Under the pieces are notes generated by a model. It was not told the DNA's origin. It saw nothing but the letters and a program-made list of their open reading frames with translations, and did no database searches. Of a DNA stretch of 27,579 bases, positions 1 to 8,826 are shown piece after piece. Numbering within the stretch: the first letter of the stretch is position 1; each line of letters opens with the position of its first letter. The DNA lies in the NCBI GenBank assembly GCA_027452085.1, contig DAIDHG010000009.1, forward strand, positions 1-27,579. The letters are read 5' to 3'. The stretch is from a bacterium (lineage in GTDB: Bacteria > Babelota > Babeliae > Babelales > JABCYS01). Position numbers and translations under genes: made by a program.

Positions 1-207
1 TTTTTTTCGGTATCCAATGTGCGACACAGTCGTTTAGTATAAAACTTTGGTTGAAACGGCCTCAAGAGAATGGGTCGATAAACATAAAAAAGCAGCTTCA
101 TAACGCAATAAACCACCACATTTTTGCCATATCAACTCAGACTCTTGCCACAATTTTCCGACTACGCTATTGTGGGGTTAGTGGATTACCAAAAAAGGAG
201 TAACATA

Positions 208-738
208 ATGAATAAAGATGTACGTACCATGCCGAGTGATCTCTTGCAGAACTTGGCACACTTGCCCAAAAAAATTGTGGCGCTCGAAGGCATTGAGCAC
301 ACGCCATCGTTCGTATTGCATGAACTGTGTGGTGAGAAAGCCTTCAATCTGAGTAAGGCAGCCTTCTTTATAGATAACCCTGATTTCAATCATTTTAAAG
401 GCGTAGCCGGCTATGAGGCCTCAACTGCTTTCGGCAATGCCGAACAAAAATGGCAAGACCCGCATGCCTTTATTAACCATATTCAAAATACTACCTTCAA
501 TAAATTGGTGCTCAATAGCGTGCAAGCAAGCATCCTGCGAGATGGTGAGATCGATCCTTTTAAAGCACAAGAACTTGCAAGCAAACTTGGTATTAAAGTG
601 CCGGCATTCCGCGCATGGGAGATGAAACACGATAATTTCGGTTTCTTGATTTATGAGTTTGCTGGCCAATCGCTTGATGGTGTTGAAGAGCATTTATACA
701 ACAGCCTGTATCTTTTAAACTTCTGTCCATTATTCTAA
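208..738 (+). CDS. Hypothetical cytoplasmic protein (176 aa), possibly GAF-like fold
   Basis: ORF 124-738. The ATG at 208 follows a strong SD (AAAAAAGGAG, 191-200) and the gene is followed by a terminator hairpin. The fold is a guess. Confidence 0.75.
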   Translation: MNKDVRTMPSDLLQNLAHLPKKIVALEGIEHTPSFVLHELCGEKAFNLSKAAFFIDNPDFNHFKGVAGYEASTAFGNAEQKWQDPHAFINHIQNTTFNKLVLNSVQASILRDGEIDPFKAQELASKLGIKVPAFRAWEMKHDNFGFLIYEFAGQSLDGVEEHLYNSLYLLNFCPLF

Positions 739-758
739 TCAGATCAGACAAAAGAAAT

Positions 759-804
759 AAACGCGGCCTATAGGTGATATTGCCTATAGGCCGCGTTTCG
801 TTTT
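759..804. terminator. Intrinsic terminator, probably bidirectional
   Basis: Perfect 16-bp inverted repeat AAACGCGGCCTATAGG (759-774) / CCTATAGGCCGCGTTT (783-798) with an 8-nt loop and A-rich/T-rich flanks, between convergent genes. Confidence 0.85.
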
Positions 805-887
805 GTGCCCTAAATCAACCGGCATGTTATAAATGCAGAAGGTGTGAAAAGCATTCACGCTCTGCCAATATCCGCTCTTTGGAAAAA

Positions 888-1388
888 TTAATCGACTGAA
901 ATAGTGCCATCCCGATTGATAGTAACCGTTCGATTATTGATAGCGCCTCTTTGATCTGGTCCAATGACTATATTTTTTACCTGTTGTGGCCAATTAAGCG
1001 GGCAAATGGCATTACTACTTTCTTTCTGCTCGAGTCGCGAGGCGCCTGTCGCTTTTCGGGCCGCCGCAATCTCAAGATCTTTATCCGAGGGTTTCCAATC
1101 AAAGTAGATGCGTAGTTGCGCCGGGATCTGCGGGCTCGTGCCCTTAAACCTTTCACCTGCAGGAATTTGTGTAGACCAATAGGTACTATCATCGCAATCG
1201 GCTACTACGCACGCCCAAGCAGTGTGGGCTAAACTTTGATTATCAATTGAAATGGTGTGTTCGATGCCTGGTTTGCTTGCAAAAGTGATGCACGTCGGGT
1301 TGTGTATCTGTGCCTGGATTGCTATTACGTTTAGTGTGACTATCGCGCCGATGAGGTATTTATGTAACATAGATTTCCAATTATGCAT
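888..1388 (-). CDS. Hypothetical secreted protein (166 aa)
   Basis: ORF with a signal-peptide-like N-terminus (KYLIGAIVTLNVIAIQA) and four Cys. No family recognised. Confidence 0.65.
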   Translation of the reverse strand: MHNWKSMLHKYLIGAIVTLNVIAIQAQIHNPTCITFASKPGIEHTISIDNQSLAHTAWACVVADCDDSTYWSTQIPAGERFKGTSPQIPAQLRIYFDWKPSDKDLEIAAARKATGASRLEQKESSNAICPLNWPQQVKNIVIGPDQRGAINNRTVTINRDGTISVD

Positions 1389-1592
1389 TTAATGTTCTTG
1401 CTATCGTTACTAATGTAAAAGAATGCGATTGGCTAAATCAAGGGAAATGAGCCCAAAACCTCATATCGAAACAGAATTTAAACATAGCTTATAGTCTTGC
1501 CGCATTTTTGAAATGTTCAAAAGATGAAATATTGCAATTCGAAACATTGATATGGTAGGTTGATAATGAATTAAGCATCAAAGGATCTAGTA

Positions 1593-1724
1593 ATGAAAAA
1601 CAGAAGAATACTTTTCTTAATAGGTGCATTTGCACTTCTCGATTGGTTTGTGATGAGCGCACACCGCAAGCCACAGGCTGTGACGCAGTCATCGCCCGAT
1701 AAAACAGTAACCGTGAGGAAGTAA
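1593..1724 (+). CDS. Small membrane/secreted peptide (43 aa)
   Basis: Read by eye, below the ORF-track cutoff: MKNRRILFLIGAFALLDWFVMSAHRKPQAVTQSSPDKTVTVRK*. SD-like AAGGA upstream, and the stop lies 2 nt before the next ATG. Confidence 0.55.
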   Translation: MKNRRILFLIGAFALLDWFVMSAHRKPQAVTQSSPDKTVTVRK

Positions 1725-1726
1725 CT

Positions 1727-1918
1727 ATGAAGCGTGTAAAAAAGGGTGGTGGTAAAAAACACACCACAAAAAGTCAGATTGAGAGCATGCGCCATTGTGC
1801 GCTGAGTGCAAAGGATATGGCAGATGTACCATCAACCAAGATGTATGGCAAAAGCTTCAAGCGCGTCACCCGCATAAACGACCCTGGTGATGGCTTGGCC
1901 AAATGGCGCAAAAAGTAG
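1727..1918 (+). CDS. Small highly basic protein (63 aa)
   Basis: ORF MKRVKKGGGKKHTTK...KWRKK with SD-like GAGG upstream, tightly packed between co-oriented ORFs. Confidence 0.55.
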   Translation: MKRVKKGGGKKHTTKSQIESMRHCALSAKDMADVPSTKMYGKSFKRVTRINDPGDGLAKWRKK

Positions 1919-1925
1919 GTGTAGA

Positions 1926-2294
1926 ATGAAAGTAAAACTAACCATTGCATGTGCTGCGTTGTTTTGTTTCGGCACCTTTTTGGCAATGACAAATACGCCT
2001 GAGAATACCCTGCATATTGCTGAAATGATTCGCGCATATCGCGCCAACCATCCAAAAGACTTTTCCTTTGAGGCGTACAAACTCAAGATGGAATCAGAAG
2101 GCCATCCTTATGATGCAATCCTTATGGAACGTATGATGAAGCGCGACGCTTTAAATGCAATCATTCACGACATGAAAGCTCAGGGGAAAAAAGTGAGCGA
2201 TCAATTATTGCGCGAGCAAAAGAGTATTTCAGATATGTCTGATATATTGCAAACGATCGAGACTGCGCAAGAGATGTACCGAACACAGTATTAG
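1926..2294 (+). CDS. Hypothetical secreted helical protein (122 aa)
   Basis: In-frame ATG at 1926 gives the signal peptide MKVKLTIACAALFCFGTFLA. AGGT lies upstream. Confidence 0.7.
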   Translation: MKVKLTIACAALFCFGTFLAMTNTPENTLHIAEMIRAYRANHPKDFSFEAYKLKMESEGHPYDAILMERMMKRDALNAIIHDMKAQGKKVSDQLLREQKSISDMSDILQTIETAQEMYRTQY

Positions 2295-2342
2295 AATTTT
2301 TGCATGCATGGCATTTAAGACAGGTGAATGCTGTTGTTGCGA

Positions 2343-3521
2343 TTAATGAGATGCATGAATAAATACTTTCAAGCCAGGCAACTCCTGGCCGGCCAAATAG
2401 GCAAGCGATGCGCCACCGCCAGTTGAAAGATAGTCAATGCGATCATCCAGGCCAAGTTCTTGCGCTGCGGCTACGCTATCACCACCGCCAATCACGCTAA
2501 AACCTGAACTATTTCCCATCGCTTTGAAGATACCCGCAACACCTTGCAATGTTTTTGGCCGGTCAACAAATCCCGGTAAGCCATTAAAAAAGATAGTTTT
2601 TGCGTTTTGAATTTCTTGCGCGTAGCAATCAATGGTGCAGGGGCCAATAGTAATTGCCATATCATCAAACGGAAAATCGTCCGCACATACGCATGAAAGA
2701 GGACCCTGTAAATTTCCTTGGGCTACTTGGTAATCCGATGGAATTACCAAGCGCACGTTTCGATCAAAGGCTTTTTTTATAAATTCAGCGACGGCGGGCA
2801 AACTGCCTTCATCGACCAATGATTTGCCCACCCCCTTGCCCAAAGCCTTGGCCACGGTGCACGAAATAGCAGGGCAGAAAAGGATGGTATGCACCCGCGG
2901 CAACATTGCTTCAATAAGCGGCAATTTATCATGCACCTTGCCGCCGCCCACAATAAAAACAAATGGTTCTGCCGGAGAATCTATGAGCCGAGAGAGGGCT
3001 TTCAATTCCTGCTCAACTAAAAAGCCAATAGTGCGATCCTCTGGCTTAAATAGGCTCGGTAGCACCGTGACCGATGTATCATCGCGATGCAGCACGCCAA
3101 AGGCATCATTTACATACAGATCACCCAAGGTTGCCAACTGTTGTGCAAAAGCTTCATCCTTATTTTTCTCTCCTGCAAAGAAGCGAAGATTTTCCAGCAT
3201 GGTTATTTGTGCATTCGGTTTAATTGCCGCAGCATCAGGTGTTGCCAAAAGTGAGGTTGTGTAGCCATGAACATTAAACCAGTGTGCTATGGGTTGAGTT
3301 GAGAATTTTGGATCGTGGCCTTTCGGGCGCCCTAGATGGGTGAGCAGGGTGATCTTTGCGCCATGTTCTAAAATATAATTAATGGTTGGTAGCAGCGCTT
3401 TGATTTTAAAATCATTGGCCACTATGCCATTGTGCAGAGGCACGTTTAAATCTGCGCGCAGAATCACTCGTTTGTTTTCAAGGGGTAACTGGGTGAGGTG
3501 TGATGTAAGCAGTTGACTCAT
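2343..3521 (-). CDS. pgk: Phosphoglycerate kinase
   Basis: Motifs RADLNVP, THLGRP, LENLRF, NDAFG, GGGDS and STGGGASL. Confidence 0.97.
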   Translation of the reverse strand: MSQLLTSHLTQLPLENKRVILRADLNVPLHNGIVANDFKIKALLPTINYILEHGAKITLLTHLGRPKGHDPKFSTQPIAHWFNVHGYTTSLLATPDAAAIKPNAQITMLENLRFFAGEKNKDEAFAQQLATLGDLYVNDAFGVLHRDDTSVTVLPSLFKPEDRTIGFLVEQELKALSRLIDSPAEPFVFIVGGGKVHDKLPLIEAMLPRVHTILFCPAISCTVAKALGKGVGKSLVDEGSLPAVAEFIKKAFDRNVRLVIPSDYQVAQGNLQGPLSCVCADDFPFDDMAITIGPCTIDCYAQEIQNAKTIFFNGLPGFVDRPKTLQGVAGIFKAMGNSSGFSVIGGGDSVAAAQELGLDDRIDYLSTGGGASLAYLAGQELPGLKVFIHASH

Positions 3522-3535
3522 CTTTTTTCTCTCCT

Positions 3536-4753
3536 TTACGCTTCGCTTCTTAAGACCTGTGCAATGTTAATGTATTTCGTTTGCCGCACGGCATACCAAA
3601 TGGACAGCAGACTTACCAGCATCGCTACGCCACATACCGCTGCAAATGTTTGCCATTCCAGCACTGCCGGCAGGTGCGTGGTAAAATAGACATCTGGCAA
3701 TTGAATAAACGGATATTGTTGGAGCAAGCGGCATATACCAGCACCAGCTAAAAGGCCCAAGAGGGTTGCTGCTGAGGTGATCATTAATCCCATGCACATA
3801 AATATGCGGCGAATAAGTCCGTGACTTGCGCCCATGCTGCGCAAGATAGCAATGTCTGCCCGCTTTTGTGTGATCTCCATAAACATCAAGGAAATAATAT
3901 TCATACTCGCCACCAGCGTCATCAGCGCCAAAATGAAAAACATCACGTATCGCTCAAATTTTGATGCAGAAACTAATGATGAATACCTCTCTTGCCAGGT
4001 GACCACTTCATACGATCTGACTGTTCTGCGCAATCGTTTTACCACCGCATTGGTATCAGCGCCTTTTTTCAATTTGAGACCAACTTCCGTGTAGGCTGCT
4101 TTTGGATATAGTTGCTTTAAGAAATCAAAATTACAAAAGACGAGACCCAGATCATACTCTTCGATGCCCGTCGAAAAGAGGCCCGCAATAGTCACGCGTG
4201 CGGTTTTAAAAGTAATTTTTCGTTTTTTGCGCGACTCAGGTGCATAGAGAATATTCAGTTCATCGCCAACCACTAAGCCCAACTGTTCAGCTTTCTTTTT
4301 GCCGATGATCACCGTGTTGTTGTGTAGAAGTTGCATGAGATCTTGGTGATCGCCGATAATGGTATTCTGCAAACGTACCACTTGGACTATTTTTGCCGGA
4401 TCAATACCACGCAGTAACACAACCTGATCTTGCTCACTGCTTGGCATCTCAATAATTGCCTGGCGCTCCTCTTCTGGAGACCAAGCAGCTATTTCTGTAA
4501 ATGAGTTGGTGAATATTTGATCCAGTGCTTGAACGTTTATTGGTAAACCGTAATTGCGAATAGTTACTTGCGGGTTGATCCCCTGTAGCTTTTCATACAT
4601 GGCTTCCTCAAAGCCGCGCATGACAGAAATGGTGACGGTCAGAGCAGCGACTGCGATAAAAATGCCAATCAAACAAACTTTAACCATGGTCGCGATACTG
4701 CGTTCATAGGAAGTGCCACGCAAATACCGCCATGCCAACATGAAGGTGATCAT
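3536..4753 (-). CDS. Lipoprotein-releasing ABC transporter permease (LolC/LolE, MacB/FtsX family)
   Basis: N-terminal LAWRYLR, TM1 followed by SVMRGFE, a large periplasmic loop, the EITQKRADIAILRSMGA motif and three C-terminal TMs with LPDVYF. Start taken at ATG 4753 (alternative GTG 4783). Confidence 0.9.
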   Translation of the reverse strand: MITFMLAWRYLRGTSYERSIATMVKVCLIGIFIAVAALTVTISVMRGFEEAMYEKLQGINPQVTIRNYGLPINVQALDQIFTNSFTEIAAWSPEEERQAIIEMPSSEQDQVVLLRGIDPAKIVQVVRLQNTIIGDHQDLMQLLHNNTVIIGKKKAEQLGLVVGDELNILYAPESRKKRKITFKTARVTIAGLFSTGIEEYDLGLVFCNFDFLKQLYPKAAYTEVGLKLKKGADTNAVVKRLRRTVRSYEVVTWQERYSSLVSASKFERYVMFFILALMTLVASMNIISLMFMEITQKRADIAILRSMGASHGLIRRIFMCMGLMITSAATLLGLLAGAGICRLLQQYPFIQLPDVYFTTHLPAVLEWQTFAAVCGVAMLVSLLSIWYAVRQTKYINIAQVLRSEA

Positions 4754-4915
4754 AAATTTTGTGCTCCACAATGTTTTTCCCACCCGAGCCTACCAATATA
4801 TATTTTTCTTAATAGCACCTGTTGTATGCTTTGAGAAACTATAAAGGACGTTCCTATCATTCGAAACCTGTGTGCAAAGGCAAAAAAGTGATGGTGAACA
4901 TTTTTGAGGTGTATT

Positions 4916-5644
4916 ATGAAGAACATGCATGTCTTATTCGGTGCAATGACGCTCATGGCATGTCTGTCAGGGTGTCACAAAATTGTTGATTGGGAAAAAG
5001 ATCATTTTTATCAAGGTGAGCGCTATTTCCCTGATGTTGATGATCCATTCACCCCGCGAAATATTATCAAACATTATATTCGCCAGCTGCGCGTATACGA
5101 TGAATTTGGCACACTCGGATTATTTGATGTGCTCATCCTCAATCATGATGTGCGACGTGTTTATGTTGAACTTCATGCTGCGCGCATGGGCTTTTCAACG
5201 GAAATAGAAGAGCAACTTATGCGTCGAGAAATGGCAGAGCATGAAGATGCATTATCATTTTATATTTTTGCCTATGCTCCTGATTCAACCATGCCATTAG
5301 ATGAAGAGGGCAATGCTCCATGGACGGTACTCTTACGCACTCCCGATGGCGAAGTTCGTCCGCGTTCGGTTCGGGTGGTTGAGCTTGCCGTTGAATATAA
5401 ATATTTGCTCAATGATTGGTTGAGTAAGCACAAAACTATGTACCTGGTGAAATTTGATCGCCCAGGTACGCCGTTTGAATTAGAATTCAAGTTGCCTGAT
5501 CGTTATGCCTGTGTGTCATGGGATAAACCAGCCGAACCGGCGCCGGTGCAGCATCCGCGCCGACGATCCATGAAAGCAAGACCAGCGCATTGTGTGCCTG
5601 GCAGACCGGCAATGCATCGTGCATCACAAGAAACGATTGTGTAA
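4916..5644 (+). CDS. Hypothetical lipoprotein
   Basis: ATG 4916 follows GAGGT. Signal peptide ends in the lipobox LSGC (MKNMHVLFGAMTLMACLSG/C). Pro/Arg-rich C-terminal tail. Confidence 0.8.
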   Translation: MKNMHVLFGAMTLMACLSGCHKIVDWEKDHFYQGERYFPDVDDPFTPRNIIKHYIRQLRVYDEFGTLGLFDVLILNHDVRRVYVELHAARMGFSTEIEEQLMRREMAEHEDALSFYIFAYAPDSTMPLDEEGNAPWTVLLRTPDGEVRPRSVRVVELAVEYKYLLNDWLSKHKTMYLVKFDRPGTPFELEFKLPDRYACVSWDKPAEPAPVQHPRRRSMKARPAHCVPGRPAMHRASQETIV

Positions 5645-5660
5645 TCCAAAAAGGAGAGTA

Positions 5661-6122
5661 ATGAATTTAAAGATAGTCATTGGCGCCGATCACCGAGGAT
5701 TCCATTTAAAGCTGCAAATCAAAGAGCAGTTTAAAAAACATGGCAGCTCTACGATAGAATGGCTCGATGCCGGTGCATTTACCGCCGAGCGCTCTGATTA
5801 TCCAGAATTTGCTAGCAAGGCGGCGCGTGAAATACGCGATGGCAATGCAATGTATGGTATTTTGATTTGTGGTAATGGCAATGGTATGGCCATCGCGGCC
5901 AATCGATTTCCTGGCATTTATGCCGCCTTAGCATGGAATGAGACGGTTGGTCATCTGGTCAAAGAGCATGATGGCGCAAACGTGCTCGTGTTGCCCGCAG
6001 ATTTTATATCAACGCATGATGCGATGGGTATCATTACCCAATGGCTTAATGCCCAATTCTTAGGCGGCCGCTACCAAGCTCGGCAGGAAATGTTGGAAAA
6101 ATTAGCTCGAGAAGAAGGGTAA
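5661..6122 (+). CDS. rpiB: Ribose-5-phosphate isomerase B (RpiB/LacAB family)
   Basis: Motifs GADHRG, SDYP, ICGNGNG, AANRFPG, EHDGANVL and F.GGRY..R. SD AAGGAG precedes ATG 5661. Confidence 0.95.
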   Translation: MNLKIVIGADHRGFHLKLQIKEQFKKHGSSTIEWLDAGAFTAERSDYPEFASKAAREIRDGNAMYGILICGNGNGMAIAANRFPGIYAALAWNETVGHLVKEHDGANVLVLPADFISTHDAMGIITQWLNAQFLGGRYQARQEMLEKLAREEG

Positions 6123-6157
6123 TAAAAAAGGCTCCCGCTATGGGAGCCTTTTTTATT
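6121..6157. terminator. Bidirectional intrinsic terminator
   Basis: AATAAAAAAGGCTCCC-gctat-GGGAGCCTTTTTTATT is a perfect inverted repeat between the convergent rpiB and AAA genes. Confidence 0.92.
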
Positions 6158-6171
6158 GTATAACCGGTGCC

Positions 6172-8736
6172 TTATGCAGCTTTTGCGGGCCCAGTGGTTT
6201 TAATCTTACCCGTGGGCGCTTGTGTTTCTTTTACTACCATCGCTGGCTTTGGTGCAAGAATGTCGCGCACATCAGCGACCATGAGTGTGCCTTGTAGTAC
6301 GAGCTCGTCGGCCAATTTTTTGAGCGATTCTTTATTCTTGCTCAACAGCTGCATCACCTCTGCTTCCGATTGTTGAAGCAATTTCTGAACCTCATTTAAT
6401 TTAGCGTCAGCGGCATCACGAGAGAAGTGCTCTTTCTTAAGCCCTTTAAACACAATCGACTCGGCGATCTGGCGTGCCTGCTCATTGCACTCAGGACGAT
6501 AGCTATAGGCCGTGGCGCCAATCAGTAACTTTTCTGCCACGTAACCGGCCAACAATACTTTGATCTTATTAATCTTTTGTTCAACAGAATCAAAGCCTGC
6601 CGTGTTCATTTTGTGCAAGGTGAAGATATCACCATAGCCAATGATCTTCTTCGGCCCGGTTGTATTTTCAGAATACCAAATGCGTTCTTCGGTTACCTTC
6701 TTATGAATTGGCAACATGGTAACTTTGTGCAGCTCTTCGCCGGTTGGTAACAACTCGTATGCCAATGCCTGGCCAGCCAAGTGGGCGGTAATAATGCTGC
6801 GCTCCTCTTGTGGGATATGCAGATCGCCTTCTACAATCTTCCGCTTAAAGGTATCGATACCATTTTCAAAGCATTCATAGCTCAAGCCAGCGCGATGTTG
6901 CATCGATTTTGATAAGGCATGATTTAAGATGCTGGCAAGATCCCCAAATGAGCAATCTTCCGTCTCTTTTGCTAAACGCTCAAGGTTGATTGATTTTGCA
7001 TTCAGGCGACGACGCACCAGCTCTTTTTCGAAGAATTCACGACGATCATTAAAGGTTGGGTTTTCAAATGGGATGATTTTACCAAAGCGACCCGGCTGCA
7101 ATAACGCTTGGTCGATATGGTCAAGCCTGTTGGTAGCCGCGAGGAAGATCACCTGTTTGCCAGGCTCCTGCGTCATGCCCACCAGGAACTGCTCAAGCAT
7201 ATCGCTGCTGCGGTCTCGTTGTAGATTTAAGAGATCAAGCTCGTCAATAAACACGATGCACGGTGCATACTTTTTGATAACTTCGATTACTTTCTTAATA
7301 CCAACCAGGCGCATTTCGCTTGAGTTGACCTTTAAGAAGGTTAACGGTTTGTTATAACGATGAACCAGTTCACCTGCCAGCGCTTCGGCTAAATAGGTTT
7401 TACCCGTGCGCGTTGGTCCATATAATAAATATCCCTTTTCAATTGCAGTACCAGTTTTTTCAAACATTTCTGGGTTCAGCAAGTATTGAATAACCGGAAT
7501 TAACTCCTGTTTTTGCTCATGTAAACCAGCAATATCGTCAAAGGTGATGCGCGGTACACTGTGCTCTAAGGCACCTTGGATCCAGAGTTGTTCAATAGCG
7601 CTTACTTGCTGTTTCTCATTATTAAAGAGTTCGCCCCATTTGAAGAACTCTTTTGGATCTTTGTAACATGCTTTCCAGCCATTCACGCCATCGGTTATTG
7701 AATCAAAGAATTTTTTGAATGCTAATGGGAGGGTGAACATAAAGAGTAGAGGGATTTTTGCGCGATCCAAAATACCAAACGCCCCCGTACCGGTGCCAGC
7801 AATAATTGGCTTATTTAAATCAAAGGTGCCGGAGTTGGTGAATGGTAATGGGTATGGCGGTGTGCCGATCACATTATCGTCATACCAGCGCACAAACGGA
7901 TTATTTGCAAAGGCAGTACCCAGATCAGAGCTGGCCATATGAGACCATACACCTTCTTGTGCCCCAACCGCTGGCGCCTGGGCAGGAGCCCCGCGGCCAA
8001 ATGCTCGGTATTCTTCCATCACATGCTGTGGCATTGGCTTCATTGCATAGCGTAATATTGAGGCTGCCAGAGTAACTGCTCCTAACGTAAATCCTTTTGC
8101 GTAATAGTTGCCCCGCTTGTTTACACGGCTGAGCCACTGTTTAAATTTCTGGAATTTCGTTTTGCCCAATTCATTCATGCTCAACTCAAGTTGGGCAAAT
8201 GCACGCTCAAAGGCTTGAAATTTACCAATCATATCGCCAATATTGAGCGGTGCTGGCTGTTTTGATTTGAATACAAAGGGGCGTAGATCGTTCAGATCAT
8301 TTTTTACTAAATTAATAAGGTAGGCAATGATTTGTTCATTAAGCTCAAATATCTTGGTTATATCTTCATTCGGATCGGTCGGATTGCAATATTTTTGCCA
8401 GGCAGTTGATACTGATTCGAGCGCCACATGAAATGCATTGAGATGTGGTTTGGCTAACTTAATTTCGCCGTTGCTCACCATGAGATTGAGCGCCATAATC
8501 TTTGATTTTAAGGCCTGTGGAATATGGATATAAGCATTTTCGAAGATTCCTCTATACATAGCCTCAATTTCTGCTTGGCTCGGCTCATAATTATCAGATT
8601 CCAGCTGCGGTAGTTCCGGCTGGTGAGAAGCCGGCTGCGCCATAGGCGTGGCTGGCTTTTGAGTAGCTCGTAGGGGGGTGAGCGGCAATAAACCGACCAT
8701 AATTGTAGACAATAATGCTATTCGTAAGTTCTTCAT
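6172..8736 (-). CDS. FtsH-like AAA+ ATPase with signal peptide and degenerate M41 peptidase domain
   Basis: Walker A GPTRTGKT, Walker B IVFIDELD and SRH AATNRLDHIDQALLQPGRF. M41-like C-terminus (TAHLAGQALA; IKVLLAGYVAEKL) lacks HEXXH. N-terminal signal peptide and two hydrophobic segments. Confidence 0.88.
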   Translation of the reverse strand: MKNLRIALLSTIMVGLLPLTPLRATQKPATPMAQPASHQPELPQLESDNYEPSQAEIEAMYRGIFENAYIHIPQALKSKIMALNLMVSNGEIKLAKPHLNAFHVALESVSTAWQKYCNPTDPNEDITKIFELNEQIIAYLINLVKNDLNDLRPFVFKSKQPAPLNIGDMIGKFQAFERAFAQLELSMNELGKTKFQKFKQWLSRVNKRGNYYAKGFTLGAVTLAASILRYAMKPMPQHVMEEYRAFGRGAPAQAPAVGAQEGVWSHMASSDLGTAFANNPFVRWYDDNVIGTPPYPLPFTNSGTFDLNKPIIAGTGTGAFGILDRAKIPLLFMFTLPLAFKKFFDSITDGVNGWKACYKDPKEFFKWGELFNNEKQQVSAIEQLWIQGALEHSVPRITFDDIAGLHEQKQELIPVIQYLLNPEMFEKTGTAIEKGYLLYGPTRTGKTYLAEALAGELVHRYNKPLTFLKVNSSEMRLVGIKKVIEVIKKYAPCIVFIDELDLLNLQRDRSSDMLEQFLVGMTQEPGKQVIFLAATNRLDHIDQALLQPGRFGKIIPFENPTFNDRREFFEKELVRRRLNAKSINLERLAKETEDCSFGDLASILNHALSKSMQHRAGLSYECFENGIDTFKRKIVEGDLHIPQEERSIITAHLAGQALAYELLPTGEELHKVTMLPIHKKVTEERIWYSENTTGPKKIIGYGDIFTLHKMNTAGFDSVEQKINKIKVLLAGYVAEKLLIGATAYSYRPECNEQARQIAESIVFKGLKKEHFSRDAADAKLNEVQKLLQQSEAEVMQLLSKNKESLKKLADELVLQGTLMVADVRDILAPKPAMVVKETQAPTGKIKTTGPAKAA

Positions 8737-8779
8737 GTTGTTCTTTACAGGTTTAATAGGCCATTTACAATGTGCGGTA

Positions 8780-8807
8780 ATTATACGGGCCTCTTATTTC
8801 CCGTCAA
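8780..8807 (-). promoter_or_regulatory. Sigma70-type promoter for the FtsH-like gene
   Basis: Minus strand TTGACG-N16-TATAAT, about 45 nt upstream of the ATG at 8736. Confidence 0.7.
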
Positions 8808-8826
8808 AGCCTAAGGAAGTTTTTTT

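Noticed and set aside
1..101. Minus-strand frame open to the window edge (MKLLFYVYRPILL...)
   Set aside because: Too short and without recognisable features. It cannot be distinguished from intergenic sequence.
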